A DNA stretch of 64,000 bases from an uncultured Chloroflexia bacterium (lineage in GTDB: Bacteria > Chloroflexota > Limnocylindria > QHBO01): assembly GCA_963839635.1 (NCBI GenBank), contig CAWIVT010000008.1, forward strand, positions 381,657-445,656. Direction: 5' to 3'. Under the pieces are notes generated by a model, which was not told the origin of the DNA, did not search any database, and saw nothing but the letters and a program-made list of their open reading frames with translations. The first letter of the stretch is position 1. Each line of letters begins with the position of its first letter. This document shows, one piece after another, positions 40,032 to 51,004 of the stretch. The translations under genes and the position numbers were made by a program.

Positions 40032-40787
40032 TCAGCCATCGAGTCCGATGTGCGCGGCGAGGAACGCGCGGCGATCTCGAGCCGCCTCCGGGACGCGCAT
40101 GCCGTGGTCGGCCTCGTACGCGTGCAGCTCCTTGGGGTCGCCGGCCGCGGCCTGGAACTCGAGCCCGGTCATCGAGGCGATGAAGAAGTCGCCGCGCGCG
40201 AACTGGAAGCAGACCGGGCGCGGGCTGATCTCCCCGACACGGCTGATCGGGTCGAGCGGTGCGATCGCTCGGAGGTAGTCATGACGGTCCTCCGCGATCG
40301 GCCAGAAGGGCAGGAACCAGTCGCCCCAGCGCGGCGTGGCGGCGATGAGCACGACGGCGGCGATGCGCGGATCCTCCGCGGCCAGGAGCGTGCCGTGCAT
40401 CCCCCCGAAATCGTGTCCGACGAGGGCGATGCGGGCGGGGTCGACGTCCGGCCTCGCGGCCAACAGGTCGAGTGCGACACGATGTCGTTCGACCTCGGCT
40501 CGAATGCGCTCTGCGTCCGCCTCTGCGCCGGACGGCTCCCCCGCCCAGGGAAACCGCCCCTGCGGAAGGATCGAGACGACGCCCAGGTCGCGAGCCAGGC
40601 CCTCCGCCTCCGCCAGGAACTGCGTGCGGTCGCCGTCCGGCGCCTCGGTGTCGAACCAGTGCAGGAAGAGGATCGCCGCGCCGGTCCCTCCCGCGTCGGG
40701 GGACACGAGGAACGCCTCGACGTCATCGGCGATGCGAATGTCCTGGACGCGGGCGTCCACGCGGCGGATCGGGGTCGGATCGGTCAT
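40032..40787 (-). CDS. dienelactone-hydrolase-like alpha/beta hydrolase
   Basis: GHDFGG nucleophile elbow. 251 aa. Confidence 0.75.
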   Translation of the reverse strand: MTDPTPIRRVDARVQDIRIADDVEAFLVSPDAGGTGAAILFLHWFDTEAPDGDRTQFLAEAEGLARDLGVVSILPQGRFPWAGEPSGAEADAERIRAEVERHRVALDLLAARPDVDPARIALVGHDFGGMHGTLLAAEDPRIAAVVLIAATPRWGDWFLPFWPIAEDRHDYLRAIAPLDPISRVGEISPRPVCFQFARGDFFIASMTGLEFQAAAGDPKELHAYEADHGMRVPEAARDRRAFLAAHIGLDG

Positions 40788-40833
40788 GCAGTAGGTACGC
40801 GCGGCGTGTCAGGAGGGTTCGGTTCGAGAGTCC

Positions 40834-41046
40834 GGACACACGAAGCGTCCCGAAGGAACAGGCGTCCGACTCCGGTGACCGAAGCCACCGAACCCGGTAC
40901 CGGAACCTACAACCGAAGTCATCTGTTCCGGTATCGCTTGCCCCTTCGGGACGACCTCAGTATTGCCCGCCGTCCAGACGAGACGCAATACCACTTATCC
41001 CCGAACTTGCGACCGATACGGCCGCCTGTCCACAGCTCGTCCACGT
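40834..41046. repeat. 213-nt structured intergenic element, copy B
   Basis: Same orientation as copy A. Differs only at 40923, 40964 and 41023. Confidence 0.85.
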
Positions 41047-41097
41047 GCGAGTCGATCGGTCGGGCTGGCGATCGCCGGCACGAGTAGCGACCGACGG

Positions 41098-42357
41098 TCA
41101 GATGCCCTTGAGCGCGGAGATGCGACGCCAGGATTCGTCGATCCGTGACTCGGAGATGCGGCCGCTGCGGACGAGGCCCTCGACGACGTCGATGGTTCGC
41201 GCGGCAACGTCGGCCTCGTACACGATCTGGTTGGCAACCACCAGCAGGTCGATTCCAGCTTCGATTGCCAGGGCGACCGCCTCTTCATAGCCGTAGGCAT
41301 CCCGTATGGCGCCCATCTGCATGTCATCGCTGAGAACGGCTCCATCCCACCCGAGCTGCTCGCGCAGGATGCCCGTGACCGTCGCGCGCGAGAGCGTCGC
41401 CGGATGATCGGCGTCCAGCCGGGAATTGAAGACGTGGGCGGTGAGGACGGCATCGGCCCGGCCATCCCCGATCAGCGTCGCGAACGGCTCGAGCTCGGTC
41501 TCGGTCCAGGTGGCCGTCACGTCGACGACCCCCAGGTGCGTGTCGCCCATCGAGCTGCCGTGCCCCGGAAAGTGCTTCAGCGTGCAGCGGAGGCCGATCT
41601 CGTGGTGCCCGTCGATGAATGCGCCGGCCTGCGCTGCCACCTTCATGGGATCGACCCCGAAGCTGCGGCCGAGCGCGGCGATGATCGGATTGTCGGGGTT
41701 GACGGCGAGATCCACCACTGGCGCGAGGTTGAGGGTGATGCCGCCGGCGGCGAGGACCTCGGCGGCGGCCCGGCTCTCGGCCCGCGTCACGGCGAGGTCG
41801 TCGAGCCGACCGAGCTCGGCGGCCGACCGGGGCGGCGCCGGAAAGCCGTTGGCCGGGCCCAGTCGCGCCACTCGCCCGCCCTCCTGGTCGATCGCAACGA
41901 GCAGCGGAGCTAGACCGGCCGCCGATTGAAGCGCGCCGACCAGTGCTGCCAGCTGCTCCGGCGACTCGACGTTGCGCGGGCCGCCGGTCGGCTGATCCAC
42001 GCTGAAGAGCACCACGCCACCGAGCCCGAGCTGGGTCACCTGGTCCAACGTCGGCCGCGCCTCGTCGGGGGTGCGCCCACGGAAGCCGACGACGATCATC
42101 TGCGCGATCCGCTCCCGCAGCGTCGGCCCGGTCGGGGACGGCGCGGGGATCGGCGAAGGAGTGGTCGGCGCGCTCGGCCGGACCGTTCCCGAGTGCCGGG
42201 GCGAGACGGAGCCGACCGCTGCGGCGCACGCGGCGGTGATCAACCCGACGGCGCCAGCCAGCGCGGCGGCCAGGAGGCGACGGCGCGAGAGCATCGGCCC
42301 GATGGTAGCGCTACGATATCTGGGCCGCGTGCGCGCTCCTCGATGGATCACTCTCAC
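41098..42357 (-). CDS. glycoside hydrolase family 3 (beta-N-acetylhexosaminidase-like) lipoprotein
   Basis: Contains GGVVLF, IDQEGGRVARL and KHFPGHG motifs. The likely true start is MLSRRRLL at 42294 (Tat/lipobox). Confidence 0.85.
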   Translation of the reverse strand: MRVIHRGARTRPRYRSATIGPMLSRRRLLAAALAGAVGLITAACAAAVGSVSPRHSGTVRPSAPTTPSPIPAPSPTGPTLRERIAQMIVVGFRGRTPDEARPTLDQVTQLGLGGVVLFSVDQPTGGPRNVESPEQLAALVGALQSAAGLAPLLVAIDQEGGRVARLGPANGFPAPPRSAAELGRLDDLAVTRAESRAAAEVLAAGGITLNLAPVVDLAVNPDNPIIAALGRSFGVDPMKVAAQAGAFIDGHHEIGLRCTLKHFPGHGSSMGDTHLGVVDVTATWTETELEPFATLIGDGRADAVLTAHVFNSRLDADHPATLSRATVTGILREQLGWDGAVLSDDMQMGAIRDAYGYEEAVALAIEAGIDLLVVANQIVYEADVAARTIDVVEGLVRSGRISESRIDESWRRISALKGI

Positions 42358-42405
42358 CAGCGAACGCGGCCGGATGTCAGAGCGCAGCGATCCCGGAGGT
42401 CCTCC

Positions 42406-42690
42406 ATGACCGATGCGCTTGCCGTCGTCGCCGCCAGCTGGGGCGTGATGATGGCCCTCTCCCCGATCCTCCAGCTCCGGCGGATCCTGGAGCGCCGCTC
42501 CTCGGCCGACGTCTCGATTGCGTACCTGGGCGTGCTCCAGGTCGGGTTCACGGTGTGGGTCGCGTACGGGCTGGCGCTCGGCAACTTCGCGATCGTCGTG
42601 CCCAACAGCGTCGCCTTCCTCGTCGGTGCGGCGACGATCGCAATCGCGCTCCGCTTCCGGAACACGACCGCGAACGAGGGTGGTCGCTGA
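42406..42690 (+). CDS. SemiSWEET (PQ-loop) transporter
   Basis: 94 aa with 3 TM segments. SPILQLRRI is a PQ-loop motif. GGAGG lies upstream. Confidence 0.8.
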   Translation: MTDALAVVAASWGVMMALSPILQLRRILERRSSADVSIAYLGVLQVGFTVWVAYGLALGNFAIVVPNSVAFLVGAATIAIALRFRNTTANEGGR

Positions 42691-42694
42691 CGAA

Positions 42695-42856
42695 TCAGCG
42701 AGCGAGGCGGCGCTCGATCAGGCTCAGGACCCCACCGCCGAAGATCGCGGCGAGGCCGAGGCCGACCCACGCCATGTAGCCTCCACCGAGGAATCCGAGG
42801 ACGGTGATGAGGACGCCGAGGACGATGAGCGTCCCGGCAGCGAATGACGAGTACAT
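42695..42856 (-). CDS. 53-aa two-TM membrane protein
   Basis: Internal ATG of ORF 42695..42970. Reads MYSSFAAGTLIVLGVLITVLGFLGGGYMAWVGLGLAAIFGGG.... Confidence 0.45.
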   Translation of the reverse strand: MYSSFAAGTLIVLGVLITVLGFLGGGYMAWVGLGLAAIFGGGVLSLIERRLAR

Positions 42857-43083
42857 GGCACGTGCCTTTCGTTGTGAGTTGACGCCCACAGGCTGCGCCG
42901 GCGTCGCGCGCGTCGCATCGGTTGAGCCGACGTCGCGCCCGGGGCATCCGGCGTACGTCATGTGCCGCATCGGCCATTCGGTCGGCCGGACGACGCCGCC
43001 GGCGTGGCGCGCTGCCAGACTGCACTCCGCCGGTTCGGCGACCGGGCAGGGTCGCCACCACCGCCTGATCCCCTGGAGGACCG

Positions 43084-44138
43084 ATGAACACTGCAGCCGA
43101 TGCGCTCACGGAGCGTCTCTTCAACGCCGCCGTCGCGAGCTTCGACATAGCGGGGGTCTACCTCGGTGACCGCCTCGGCTGGTACCGCAGCCTCGCCAGT
43201 GAGGGCGCCGCCACGCCGGACGAGCTGGCCGCCCGAACCGGGACCGATGCGCGCTACGCGCGAGAGTGGCTCGAGCAGCAGGCCGTGAGCGGGATCCTCG
43301 AGGTCGACGGCGATCACCGGTTCAGCGTGTCGGACGACCACGCCTCGGTGCTGGTCGATCCGGAGAGCCTCAACCTGATGGCGCCGATGACCCGGATGCT
43401 GGCCGCCGCGTTCGGCCGGCTGCCGGCGCTGGCCGAGGCATACCGGTCAGGCGAAGGCATCGGGTGGGAGGCATACGGCACGGACATGCGAGAGGGCCAG
43501 GCCAGCTTCAACCGCCCCGCCTTCACGCACCTGCTCGGCAGGCAATGGCTTCCTGGCGTGCCCGACGTCGACGCAAGGCTTCGGGCCGATCCTCCGGCGC
43601 GGATCGCGGACGTCGGCTGCGGCGAGGGATGGTCGACGATCGCCATCGCGCGCGCCTATCCGAAGGCGCGGGTGGTCGGCGTGGACCTGGATGGCCCCTC
43701 GATCGAGGCGGCACGCCGGCACGCGCGCGACGCCGGCCTCGGGGAGCGGGTGGAATTCCGGCACGGCGATGCGGCATCGCTCGACGACGGACCGTACGAC
43801 GTGGCGATCATCATCGAGGCCGTCCACGACATGGCGAACCCGGTGCCCGTGCTGCGAGCGGTTCGGAACGTGCTTGGAGATGACGCGTCGCTCATCGTCG
43901 TCGACGAGCGGGTGGCAGAGGAGTTCCACGCTCCGGGCGACGAGGTCGAGCGCTTCATGTACGGCTGGAGCATCACCACGTGCCTGCCCGACGGGCGTTC
44001 GCGATCACCCAGCGTGGCGACCGGGACCGTCATGCGCCCGGACACGCTGCGCGGCTACGCGAGCGAGGCGGGCTTTGCGCAGCTCGAGATCCTCGGGATC
44101 GAGAACGACTTCTTCCGCTTCTACCGTTGCGCCGGTAA
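43084..44138 (+). CDS. class I SAM-dependent methyltransferase (3' end needs a 1-nt correction)
   Basis: DVGCGEGW matches motif I. The ORF track runs on to 44610, but adding one T in the TT run near 44127 gives ...FFRFYRLRR* with TAA at 44136-44138. Confidence 0.8.
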
Positions 44139-44163
44139 CGGAGCGACCGGCCGGAAGCCGATC

Positions 44164-44283
44164 TCAGGCGATCGCAGGGACGAGGAAGGCGGTCAGGACG
44201 ACCGCGAGAAGGAGGAGCACCGCGGCCACGCCCAGCTCCCAATCGGAGACGCTCGTGGTCCGGCTCGGTTCGTGACGAATCAT
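44164..44283 (-). CDS. 39-aa single-TM micropeptide (below ORF-track cutoff)
   Basis: GGAGAG lies upstream of the ATG. Reads MIRHEPSRTTSVSDWELGVAAVLLLLAVVLTAFLVPAIA. Confidence 0.35.
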   Translation of the reverse strand: MIRHEPSRTTSVSDWELGVAAVLLLLAVVLTAFLVPAIA

Positions 44284-44364
44284 CGTCGTGCTCTCCAGCG
44301 TTGCGTGAACGCACCGTACGCCCCCGAACTTAGGAGCGGGATCAAGCAGGCGTCTCGATCTCGT

Positions 44365-45910
44365 CTACGTCATTCCGCCGATCAGTCGGCGCGCGGCCTC
44401 GACGCGGTCGAGGCCGGCCATGCCCGCTGCCTCGACGGCCTCCGCCACCTCCGCGCGAACCCGCGCTGCCAGTCGATCGCCGAGACGCCTCCCGATCCAG
44501 CCGGCGTGCGCCGAGAGGATGAGGCCGAGGATGGCGCTGACGATGATGGATCCCGCGAGCAGCACGAGCGGCAGCGGCACCGGGCCGAGGATCGGCAGGT
44601 CGGTCGTTGAGACCGGGATTGCGCCCGTTCGACACGAAGAGGGTCACGTACCAGGCCACTGCGAACGCGAAGACTGCGCCGACAGCCAGCTGCACCACGC
44701 CGATGACCGGCCAGAGGATCGAACCGGGCACGCGCAGATCGGCGGCCGCGTCGCGCGCGACCAGGTCGAGCGCCCGCGTGACCGCGGCCTCCGTCTCGTC
44801 CGCACCGAGCGAGCGCAGGATCGCCGCGCGCGACCCGGCCGGCACGCGGCTCGAGGCGTCCACCAGCGCCGCATGGACCGGGTTGACCGCGCGCCCGAGC
44901 GACCCCCGGCGGCGCCAGTCGCGGAGGTAGGCGGCCGGGTCGGCGCTGCGGCGCTGCTGCCCCGTCATCCACAGCAGCAGGGCGACGACCCGCCCCAGCA
45001 GCGAGCCGCCGGTGTGCCGCGCCTTCGCCAGGACGGCAGCCCGGACCTGGCGGCCGACGCCCGGCGGATCCATCACCGCCACCGCGCCCTCGACGGCGGA
45101 GCGCACGGCCTCCGCGCGGGCGTCCGCGCTCAGCAACGGTCGAACCTCCCCCTCGGCCTCGACGCCGACGGCCCCGGCCAGCGCCCTGGACGCCTCGCGT
45201 GCATCCGTCTCGAGCTTGCCGACCACCAGGCCCTTGGCATCAGCCTCGGATGCGAGCTCCGCGCGCAGGGCATCAATGCCGTCGCCGCGTTGGGCCGAGA
45301 CGACGGACACGCGCGGCGCGTCGATCCCGGCGGCGGCCAGGCGGAGGCGGAGATCCGCGGCCAGCTCCTCTCGCTGCTCGTCGGCCAGGCGATCCGCCTT
45401 GTTGAGCACGAATCGCATGCGTGGCGCGTGGGCCGAGAGCGAGCGGAGATAAGCGTGGAGCCGCTCGTCGTCGTACTTCTCGGGGTCGACCACCCAGGCG
45501 ACGGCGTCGATCCGCGGCAGGAGCTCGTCGACGCGTGAGCGGTGCGCGGTCTGGATGCTGTCGACGTCGGGAAGGTCGAGCACCGCCACCCCGGCGAGCG
45601 ACGCGTCGGCATGGGAGGCCACCTGACGGACGCCGAGCCATTCCATCAGCGGACCAAGCTCCTCGCGACGTTCCTCGGCGACCCAGGCGATCGGCTCGTC
45701 GGTCGTCGGTCGAACGGCTCGCACCTCGCTGACTGCCCTGTCGGCGAGGGCGTTCAGGAGTGACGACTTTCCGACCCCCGTCCCGCCGGCCAGCGCCAGC
45801 ACGTAGGTGGCTCCCGGAAATCCCGCTCGCTCCCGCGCTCGTCGCACGATAGCGTCCGAGGCCGCCGCGACCTCCTCCAGGCCGATGTCGCGCGCGGCGG
45901 CCGCCGCCAC
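44365..45910 (-). CDS. dynamin-like / HSR1-type membrane GTPase (one frameshift near 44600-44640)
   Basis: GGTGVGKSSLLNAL (G1), DLPDVDS and LNKAD (G4). The C-terminal TM hairpin continues in the frame of ORF 44365..44580. Confidence 0.75.
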
Positions 45911-45940
45911 GCTCCAGCCGGTCGAGCTGCTCGCCGAGCG

Positions 45941-47608
45941 TCACGACAGGTCGGCGTCCGCCGCGCGCCGTGCGGCCGATCGGAGCCGATCGGCGAGGTC
46001 GGTGGGCTCGGCGAGACCGCCCAGCGCATCGCTGAAGCGGCGGCGCTCGGTCTCGAAGGCCGAATCCAGCAGCGTCGAGAGCGCAGAGCGCGCCCGCGCG
46101 ACGAAGGCCGCCACGTTTGCCTCGCCGAAGATGGCCTCGAGTAGCTTCTGGTTGACCACGGCGGTGGCGGCCGTGATCCCGACCTCGGCGCCCGTGAGGC
46201 CGCCGGTGTGCACGAACACGGCGAGGATGGCGCTCGTGCCGACCGCGTTGACGCCGATGCTGGCGACCTGCGCCCACCCCTTTCGCTGCTCACCGAGCGC
46301 GCGTATCTGGTCGCCGACGCCTGCTGCCCAGACCTCGAGATCGGTGCCGAGACGCTCCGCCAGATCCGGCGATGCCCCCCATAGCCGCGCGTCGACTGCG
46401 AGCGCCTTCGCACCGTACTGATCGTCCATCCAGGAGGTGGCGGTCCGACGCGCGGCAGCATCCGCGTGCTGGACGGCGAGCGCCATGAGATCGGTGAATG
46501 CGGCCTCACGCACCTCGATGGCCGGCGCGGCCGGCCCGGGCTGGAAGAGGCTGCGGATGGTCGCGGCGACGCGACCGATGCCGTGCGACAGGATGCGCGC
46601 GACCTGGCCTGCGCCGACGAAGTCCTGCCACTGGCGAAGGACCTCCGCCCGGAGGAACGCTCCGCGGCCCAGCTCCTCGCCAAGGGCGGCGCGTCGCTCG
46701 CGGTAGGCGCGGTCGGCCGTGGTCGTCAGCGCCAGCGCCGCGGCCTCCTCCTCGTCGACCTCGACGGCCACCTCGTCGACTGCGGGCGGCAGTCCCTCCA
46801 GGGCCGAGGCCAGGCTGCGTCGCGCCAGCGCCCGCCGAGCGACATCGTCGGCCATCAGCCGGTCGAGTGCATCGCGGATCGGTGCGATGGCCGCGCCGTC
46901 GAGCGCATCGTTCTCGACGTCGAGCGCTCCCTCCGGCACCGGGACGACTTCGAGCTTGCCGAAGGCGCCCGCATCGGCGAGGCTTCCGCGCTCGATGAGG
47001 CCGCGGTAATCGGCGACGACCGAGTCGGCGTCGCCCGAGTCGGGTGGGAGCCGGTTCAGCACGGCGAGCAGCGGCACGCCGCGCTGGCGCACGCGACCGA
47101 GGATCGTCCACGGCACCTGGTCGGCGTAGCGCGTGGCGGTGGTGACGAAGATGACGAGGTCGGCCGCTTCGAGCAGCTCCTCGGCAAGCGCCCGGTTCGC
47201 GAGCTCGACGCTGTCGAAGTCCGGCGCGTCCACCACGACGAGTCCGCGGCGCGCCGAGGGATCGGTGACGAGGTCGACCGCGTCGCGCGAGGCCATGCCG
47301 GGCAGCAGGTCCTGGCCGGCCTCCGAGGGGTGAACGATCGCCATCGGGCGACGCGTGGTCGGCCGCAGCACGCCGGATGGGCTGGCGGCGCGACCGGCGA
47401 GCGCGTTGAAGAGGCTGGACTTGCCGCTCCCGGTCGACCCCAGGATCACGACGACGAGCGGCGCGGCCGCATTCAGCGCACGCGGGGCCAGGTACTCGGT
47501 GACGTGGCGACGCAGCCGCTCGGCGCGTTCGGCGCGCTCGGTATTCGGCGCGAGGGCAACGCGCCGTTCGAGCGCGGCGGCGAGATCGCGAAGTGCTTCG
47601 GTCGGCAT
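45941..47608 (-). CDS. dynamin-like / HSR1-type GTPase
   Basis: [21 protein letters not shown] and LNRLP, followed by a long helical region and a hydrophobic paddle. The start is at the internal ATG 47608. Confidence 0.8.
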   Translation of the reverse strand: MPTEALRDLAAALERRVALAPNTERAERAERLRRHVTEYLAPRALNAAAPLVVVILGSTGSGKSSLFNALAGRAASPSGVLRPTTRRPMAIVHPSEAGQDLLPGMASRDAVDLVTDPSARRGLVVVDAPDFDSVELANRALAEELLEAADLVIFVTTATRYADQVPWTILGRVRQRGVPLLAVLNRLPPDSGDADSVVADYRGLIERGSLADAGAFGKLEVVPVPEGALDVENDALDGAAIAPIRDALDRLMADDVARRALARRSLASALEGLPPAVDEVAVEVDEEEAAALALTTTADRAYRERRAALGEELGRGAFLRAEVLRQWQDFVGAGQVARILSHGIGRVAATIRSLFQPGPAAPAIEVREAAFTDLMALAVQHADAAARRTATSWMDDQYGAKALAVDARLWGASPDLAERLGTDLEVWAAGVGDQIRALGEQRKGWAQVASIGVNAVGTSAILAVFVHTGGLTGAEVGITAATAVVNQKLLEAIFGEANVAAFVARARSALSTLLDSAFETERRRFSDALGGLAEPTDLADRLRSAARRAADADLS

Positions 47609-47720
47609 CGTGGCGATGAGTGTGCACGTCGCGGACCGTTGCGGTGTGGCGGCCCGCCGCAACAGGGACGGGTCCCGGTGCCGGAGCACCCCAACTGCCG
47701 TTCTGCGAGATGATGGCCAC

Positions 47721-49589
47721 ATGACCACGGCCATCCGCTCCGACCTGCGCAACGTGGCGATCATCGCCCACGTCGACCACGGCAAGACGACCCTTGTCGA
47801 CGGCATGCTGCGCCAGACCGGAACCTTCCGCGCCAACGAGACGGTCGTGGACCGCGTGCTCGACTCCGGCGACCTCGAGCGCGAGAAGGGCATCACCATC
47901 CTCGCCAAGCAGACAACCGTCGACTACGACGGCGTCCGCCTCAACATCGTCGACACGCCCGGCCACGCCGACTTCGGAGGCGAGGTCGAGCGCTCGCTGC
48001 TCATGGTCGACGCCGTCCTGCTGCTGGTCGACGCCGCGGAGGGACCGCTGCCCCAGACGCGCTACGTCCTCCAGAAGGCGATGCAGCGGCACCTGCCGGT
48101 CGTCGTCGCGCTCAACAAGATCGACCGATCCGATGCGCGGCCGGCCCAGGTCCTGGACGACGTCTACGAGCTGTTCATCGACCTCGGCGCCGACGAGTTC
48201 CAGATCGAGTTCCCGGTGGTCTACACGAACGCTCGCGCCGGGACGGCGACGTCGGACCTCGCCAAGCCTGGGACGGACCTGCGCCCGCTGCTCGACCTCC
48301 TCGTGTCGATCACGCCGCCGCCTGCCTTCGAGGAGGGCCACCCGCTCCAGCTCCTCGTCACGAACCTCTCGGCAAACGAGTACGTCGGACGCATGGCCGT
48401 AGGGCGCATCCGCAACGGCACCATCCGCGTCGGCCAGCGGGTGTCGATCGTGCGTGAGGAGGCGGAGGATCCCGATGGCTCGGTTGAGCCGGGCCGCAGC
48501 ATGACCCTGGTCGGCACGGTGTCGGCGCTCCAGACGGCTCACGGCATCGATCGCGTCGACATCACCGAGGCCGGACCCGGCGACATCGTCAGCGTGGCCG
48601 GCCTGCCGGAAGTGACGATCGGCGACACGCTGACCGACCCCGACGACCCGCGGCCGCTCCCCCGCCTCGACGTCGACGCGCCGACGCTGCGCATGACGTT
48701 CGGCGTCAACACGTCACCGATGGCAGGGCGTGATGGGACGTTCCTCACCAGCCGCCAGATCAAGGCACGCCTCGAGCGGGAGGTGCTCGGCAACGTCGCG
48801 ATCGAGGTGCACCCGACCGAGTCGGGCGAGACGTTCGAGGTGCGCGGCCGCGGGGAGCTGCAGCTGGCCGTGCTCATCGAGCAGATGCGTCGTGAGGGAT
48901 TCGAGCTCACCATCAGCCGGCCCGAGGTCATCCTGCGCGACGGCCAGGAGCCGTACGAGCGCGTCACGATCGACATCCCGCCCGACTACATCGGCACGGT
49001 GCAGGGCGCCCTCGCGGGACGCAAGGGTCGCCTGGAGCAGATGAGCACCGATGCCGACGGCCGTGTACGGATGGAGTTCATCATCCCCACGCGCGGGTTG
49101 ATCGGGTACCGGGGGCAGCTCCTGAGCGACACGCGAGGGACGGCGCTGCTGCACCAGCTCGGCGAGGGCTACGGCCCGTGGGCCGGCGAGGTGACGCATC
49201 GGACCAGCGGCGTGCTCGTCGCGGACCGCACCGGCGAGTCGCGCGCCTACGCGCTCTCGTCGCTCGTCGAGCGTTCGGAGCTCTTCATCGGCGCATCGGC
49301 CGAGGTCTACGAGGGCATGATCATCGGCGAGAACAGCCGGCCAGGGGACATGGACGTCAACCCCACGAAGTCGAAGGCGCTCTCCAAGATGCGCACGCAG
49401 GCAACCGACGGGGACTACCGCATCCACACCCCGCCGCGCGTGATGACGCTCGAGTCGGCCATCGAGTTCATCGCCGCCGACGAGCTGGTCGAGGTCACCC
49501 CGACGGCAATCCGCCTCCGCAAGCGGCTCCTCCCGCAGCACGACCGCCGGCGGGCGGCCGGAGCCGAATACAAGGCCACCGCGCGGTGA
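47721..49589 (+). CDS. typA: translational GTPase TypA/BipA
   Basis: Contains [31 protein letters not shown] and NKIDR. 622 aa. Confidence 0.95.
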   Translation: MTTAIRSDLRNVAIIAHVDHGKTTLVDGMLRQTGTFRANETVVDRVLDSGDLEREKGITILAKQTTVDYDGVRLNIVDTPGHADFGGEVERSLLMVDAVLLLVDAAEGPLPQTRYVLQKAMQRHLPVVVALNKIDRSDARPAQVLDDVYELFIDLGADEFQIEFPVVYTNARAGTATSDLAKPGTDLRPLLDLLVSITPPPAFEEGHPLQLLVTNLSANEYVGRMAVGRIRNGTIRVGQRVSIVREEAEDPDGSVEPGRSMTLVGTVSALQTAHGIDRVDITEAGPGDIVSVAGLPEVTIGDTLTDPDDPRPLPRLDVDAPTLRMTFGVNTSPMAGRDGTFLTSRQIKARLEREVLGNVAIEVHPTESGETFEVRGRGELQLAVLIEQMRREGFELTISRPEVILRDGQEPYERVTIDIPPDYIGTVQGALAGRKGRLEQMSTDADGRVRMEFIIPTRGLIGYRGQLLSDTRGTALLHQLGEGYGPWAGEVTHRTSGVLVADRTGESRAYALSSLVERSELFIGASAEVYEGMIIGENSRPGDMDVNPTKSKALSKMRTQATDGDYRIHTPPRVMTLESAIEFIAADELVEVTPTAIRLRKRLLPQHDRRRAAGAEYKATAR

Positions 49590-51004
49590 CCGGACGCCGC
49601 ACGAAGCTCGTCTGCACCATCGGGCCGGCGACGGTCGACCGGGTCGACGAGCTCGTGGCGGCCGGCATGGACGTCGCGCGCGTCAACTTCTCGCACGGCA
49701 CTCCGGATGAGCAGGGCGCACGCGGCGCGAGCGGTGCATGCCGCCGCAGAGCGCTCCGGGCGTACGATCGCGCTCCTCGCCGACCTCGCGGGGCCGAAGG
49801 TCCGGCTCGGCAAGCTCGCGGACGACGAGCTCACGCTGGAGCCCGGTGCCGGCTTCACGCTTCGACCGGGCAGCGAGGCCGCCGGCGACGCCACCGGCGC
49901 CGGCGTGAGCCAGGAGAGCCTCGCCGCCGACCTCCGTCCGGGCGACCGAATCCTCCTTGCCGATGGCGCGGTCGAGCTGCGGGTCGATGCCGTGACCGAG
50001 GAGATCGAGACCGAGGTCGTGCGCGGCGGGCTGATCCGCTCGCATGCCGGGGTCAACGTGCCGGCTGAGCGGCTCTCCGGGCCGGGCCTGACCGACCAGG
50101 ATCGGGCCGCATGCGAAGGACGCCGTCGAGCTCGGCGCCCACTACGTCGCCCAGTCGTTCGTCCGGCGCGCCTCCGACGTCACCGACCTGCGGGCCGTGC
50201 TCGGACCGGACGGGCCGCAGATCGTCGCCAAGATCGAGACGCGCCCGGCGGTCGATGCCTTCGACGCCATCTGCGACGTGAGCCGACGCGATCATGGTCG
50301 CGCGCGGCGACCTCGGCGTCGAGCTGCCCTACGAGGAGGTCCCGATCATCCAGAAGGAGCTCGTTCGGCGCGCGCTGGACCGCGGCATCCCGACGATCGT
50401 CGCGACCCAGATGCTGGAGTCGATGATCTCGTCGCCACGCCCGACCCGCGCCGAGGCGAGCGACGTGGCGAACGCCATCTTCGACGGGGCCGACGCGATC
50501 ATGCTCTCCGGCGAGACGGCCATCGGCGCGCACCCGATCCTCGCGGCGGAGGCGGCAGCGCGCATCATCGGGCTGTGCGAGACGCGGGGCGCGGCGCATC
50601 TCGCGTCGGGGGCACCACCGCACGCCGACACCGACGCCGATGCGCTGGCCTACGCTGCCTCGGCGCTCGCCGCCGCCGATCGGGACGTGGTCGCCATCGC
50701 CTGCTACACCCGGACCGGCCGCACCGCGCGCATCATCGCGGCCCTCCGCCCGCGTGTCCCGATCCTCGCGTACTCGCCGCACGCGTCGGTCGTGGCTCAG
50801 ATGGCCCTGGTCCACGGGGTCGAGGCGCGCTCCTGTCAGCCACCGTCCGACGTCGACGGACGCCTTGGGCTGATGGCGTGGCTGGTCGGCGAGGACCTCA
50901 CCCTGCCGGCGGGCTCGGCGGTGGTGCTTGTCGCGTCGACCGCGCGGCCCGGATCAGGGCCGAACCTGCTCGAGGTGCATCGGGTGCCGGAACGGCCCGA
51001 TTAG
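49586..51004 (+). pseudogene. pyk: pyruvate kinase, frameshifted
   Basis: GTG at 49586 overlaps the typA stop. [31 protein letters not shown] and TQMLESM are in at least 4 frame segments. Confidence 0.8.

Noticed and set aside
28724-40833. The 12-kb block between the two element copies as an integrated mobile island
   Set aside because: There is no integrase, transposase, tRNA fragment or phage/conjugation gene. The content is ordinary metabolic and transport genes.
42857-43083. 227-nt leader upstream of the SAM-dependent methyltransferase as a SAM/SAH riboswitch
   Set aside because: I could not find SAM-I, SAM-IV or SAH consensus elements. The region is also the divergent promoter spacer for a small membrane-protein gene.
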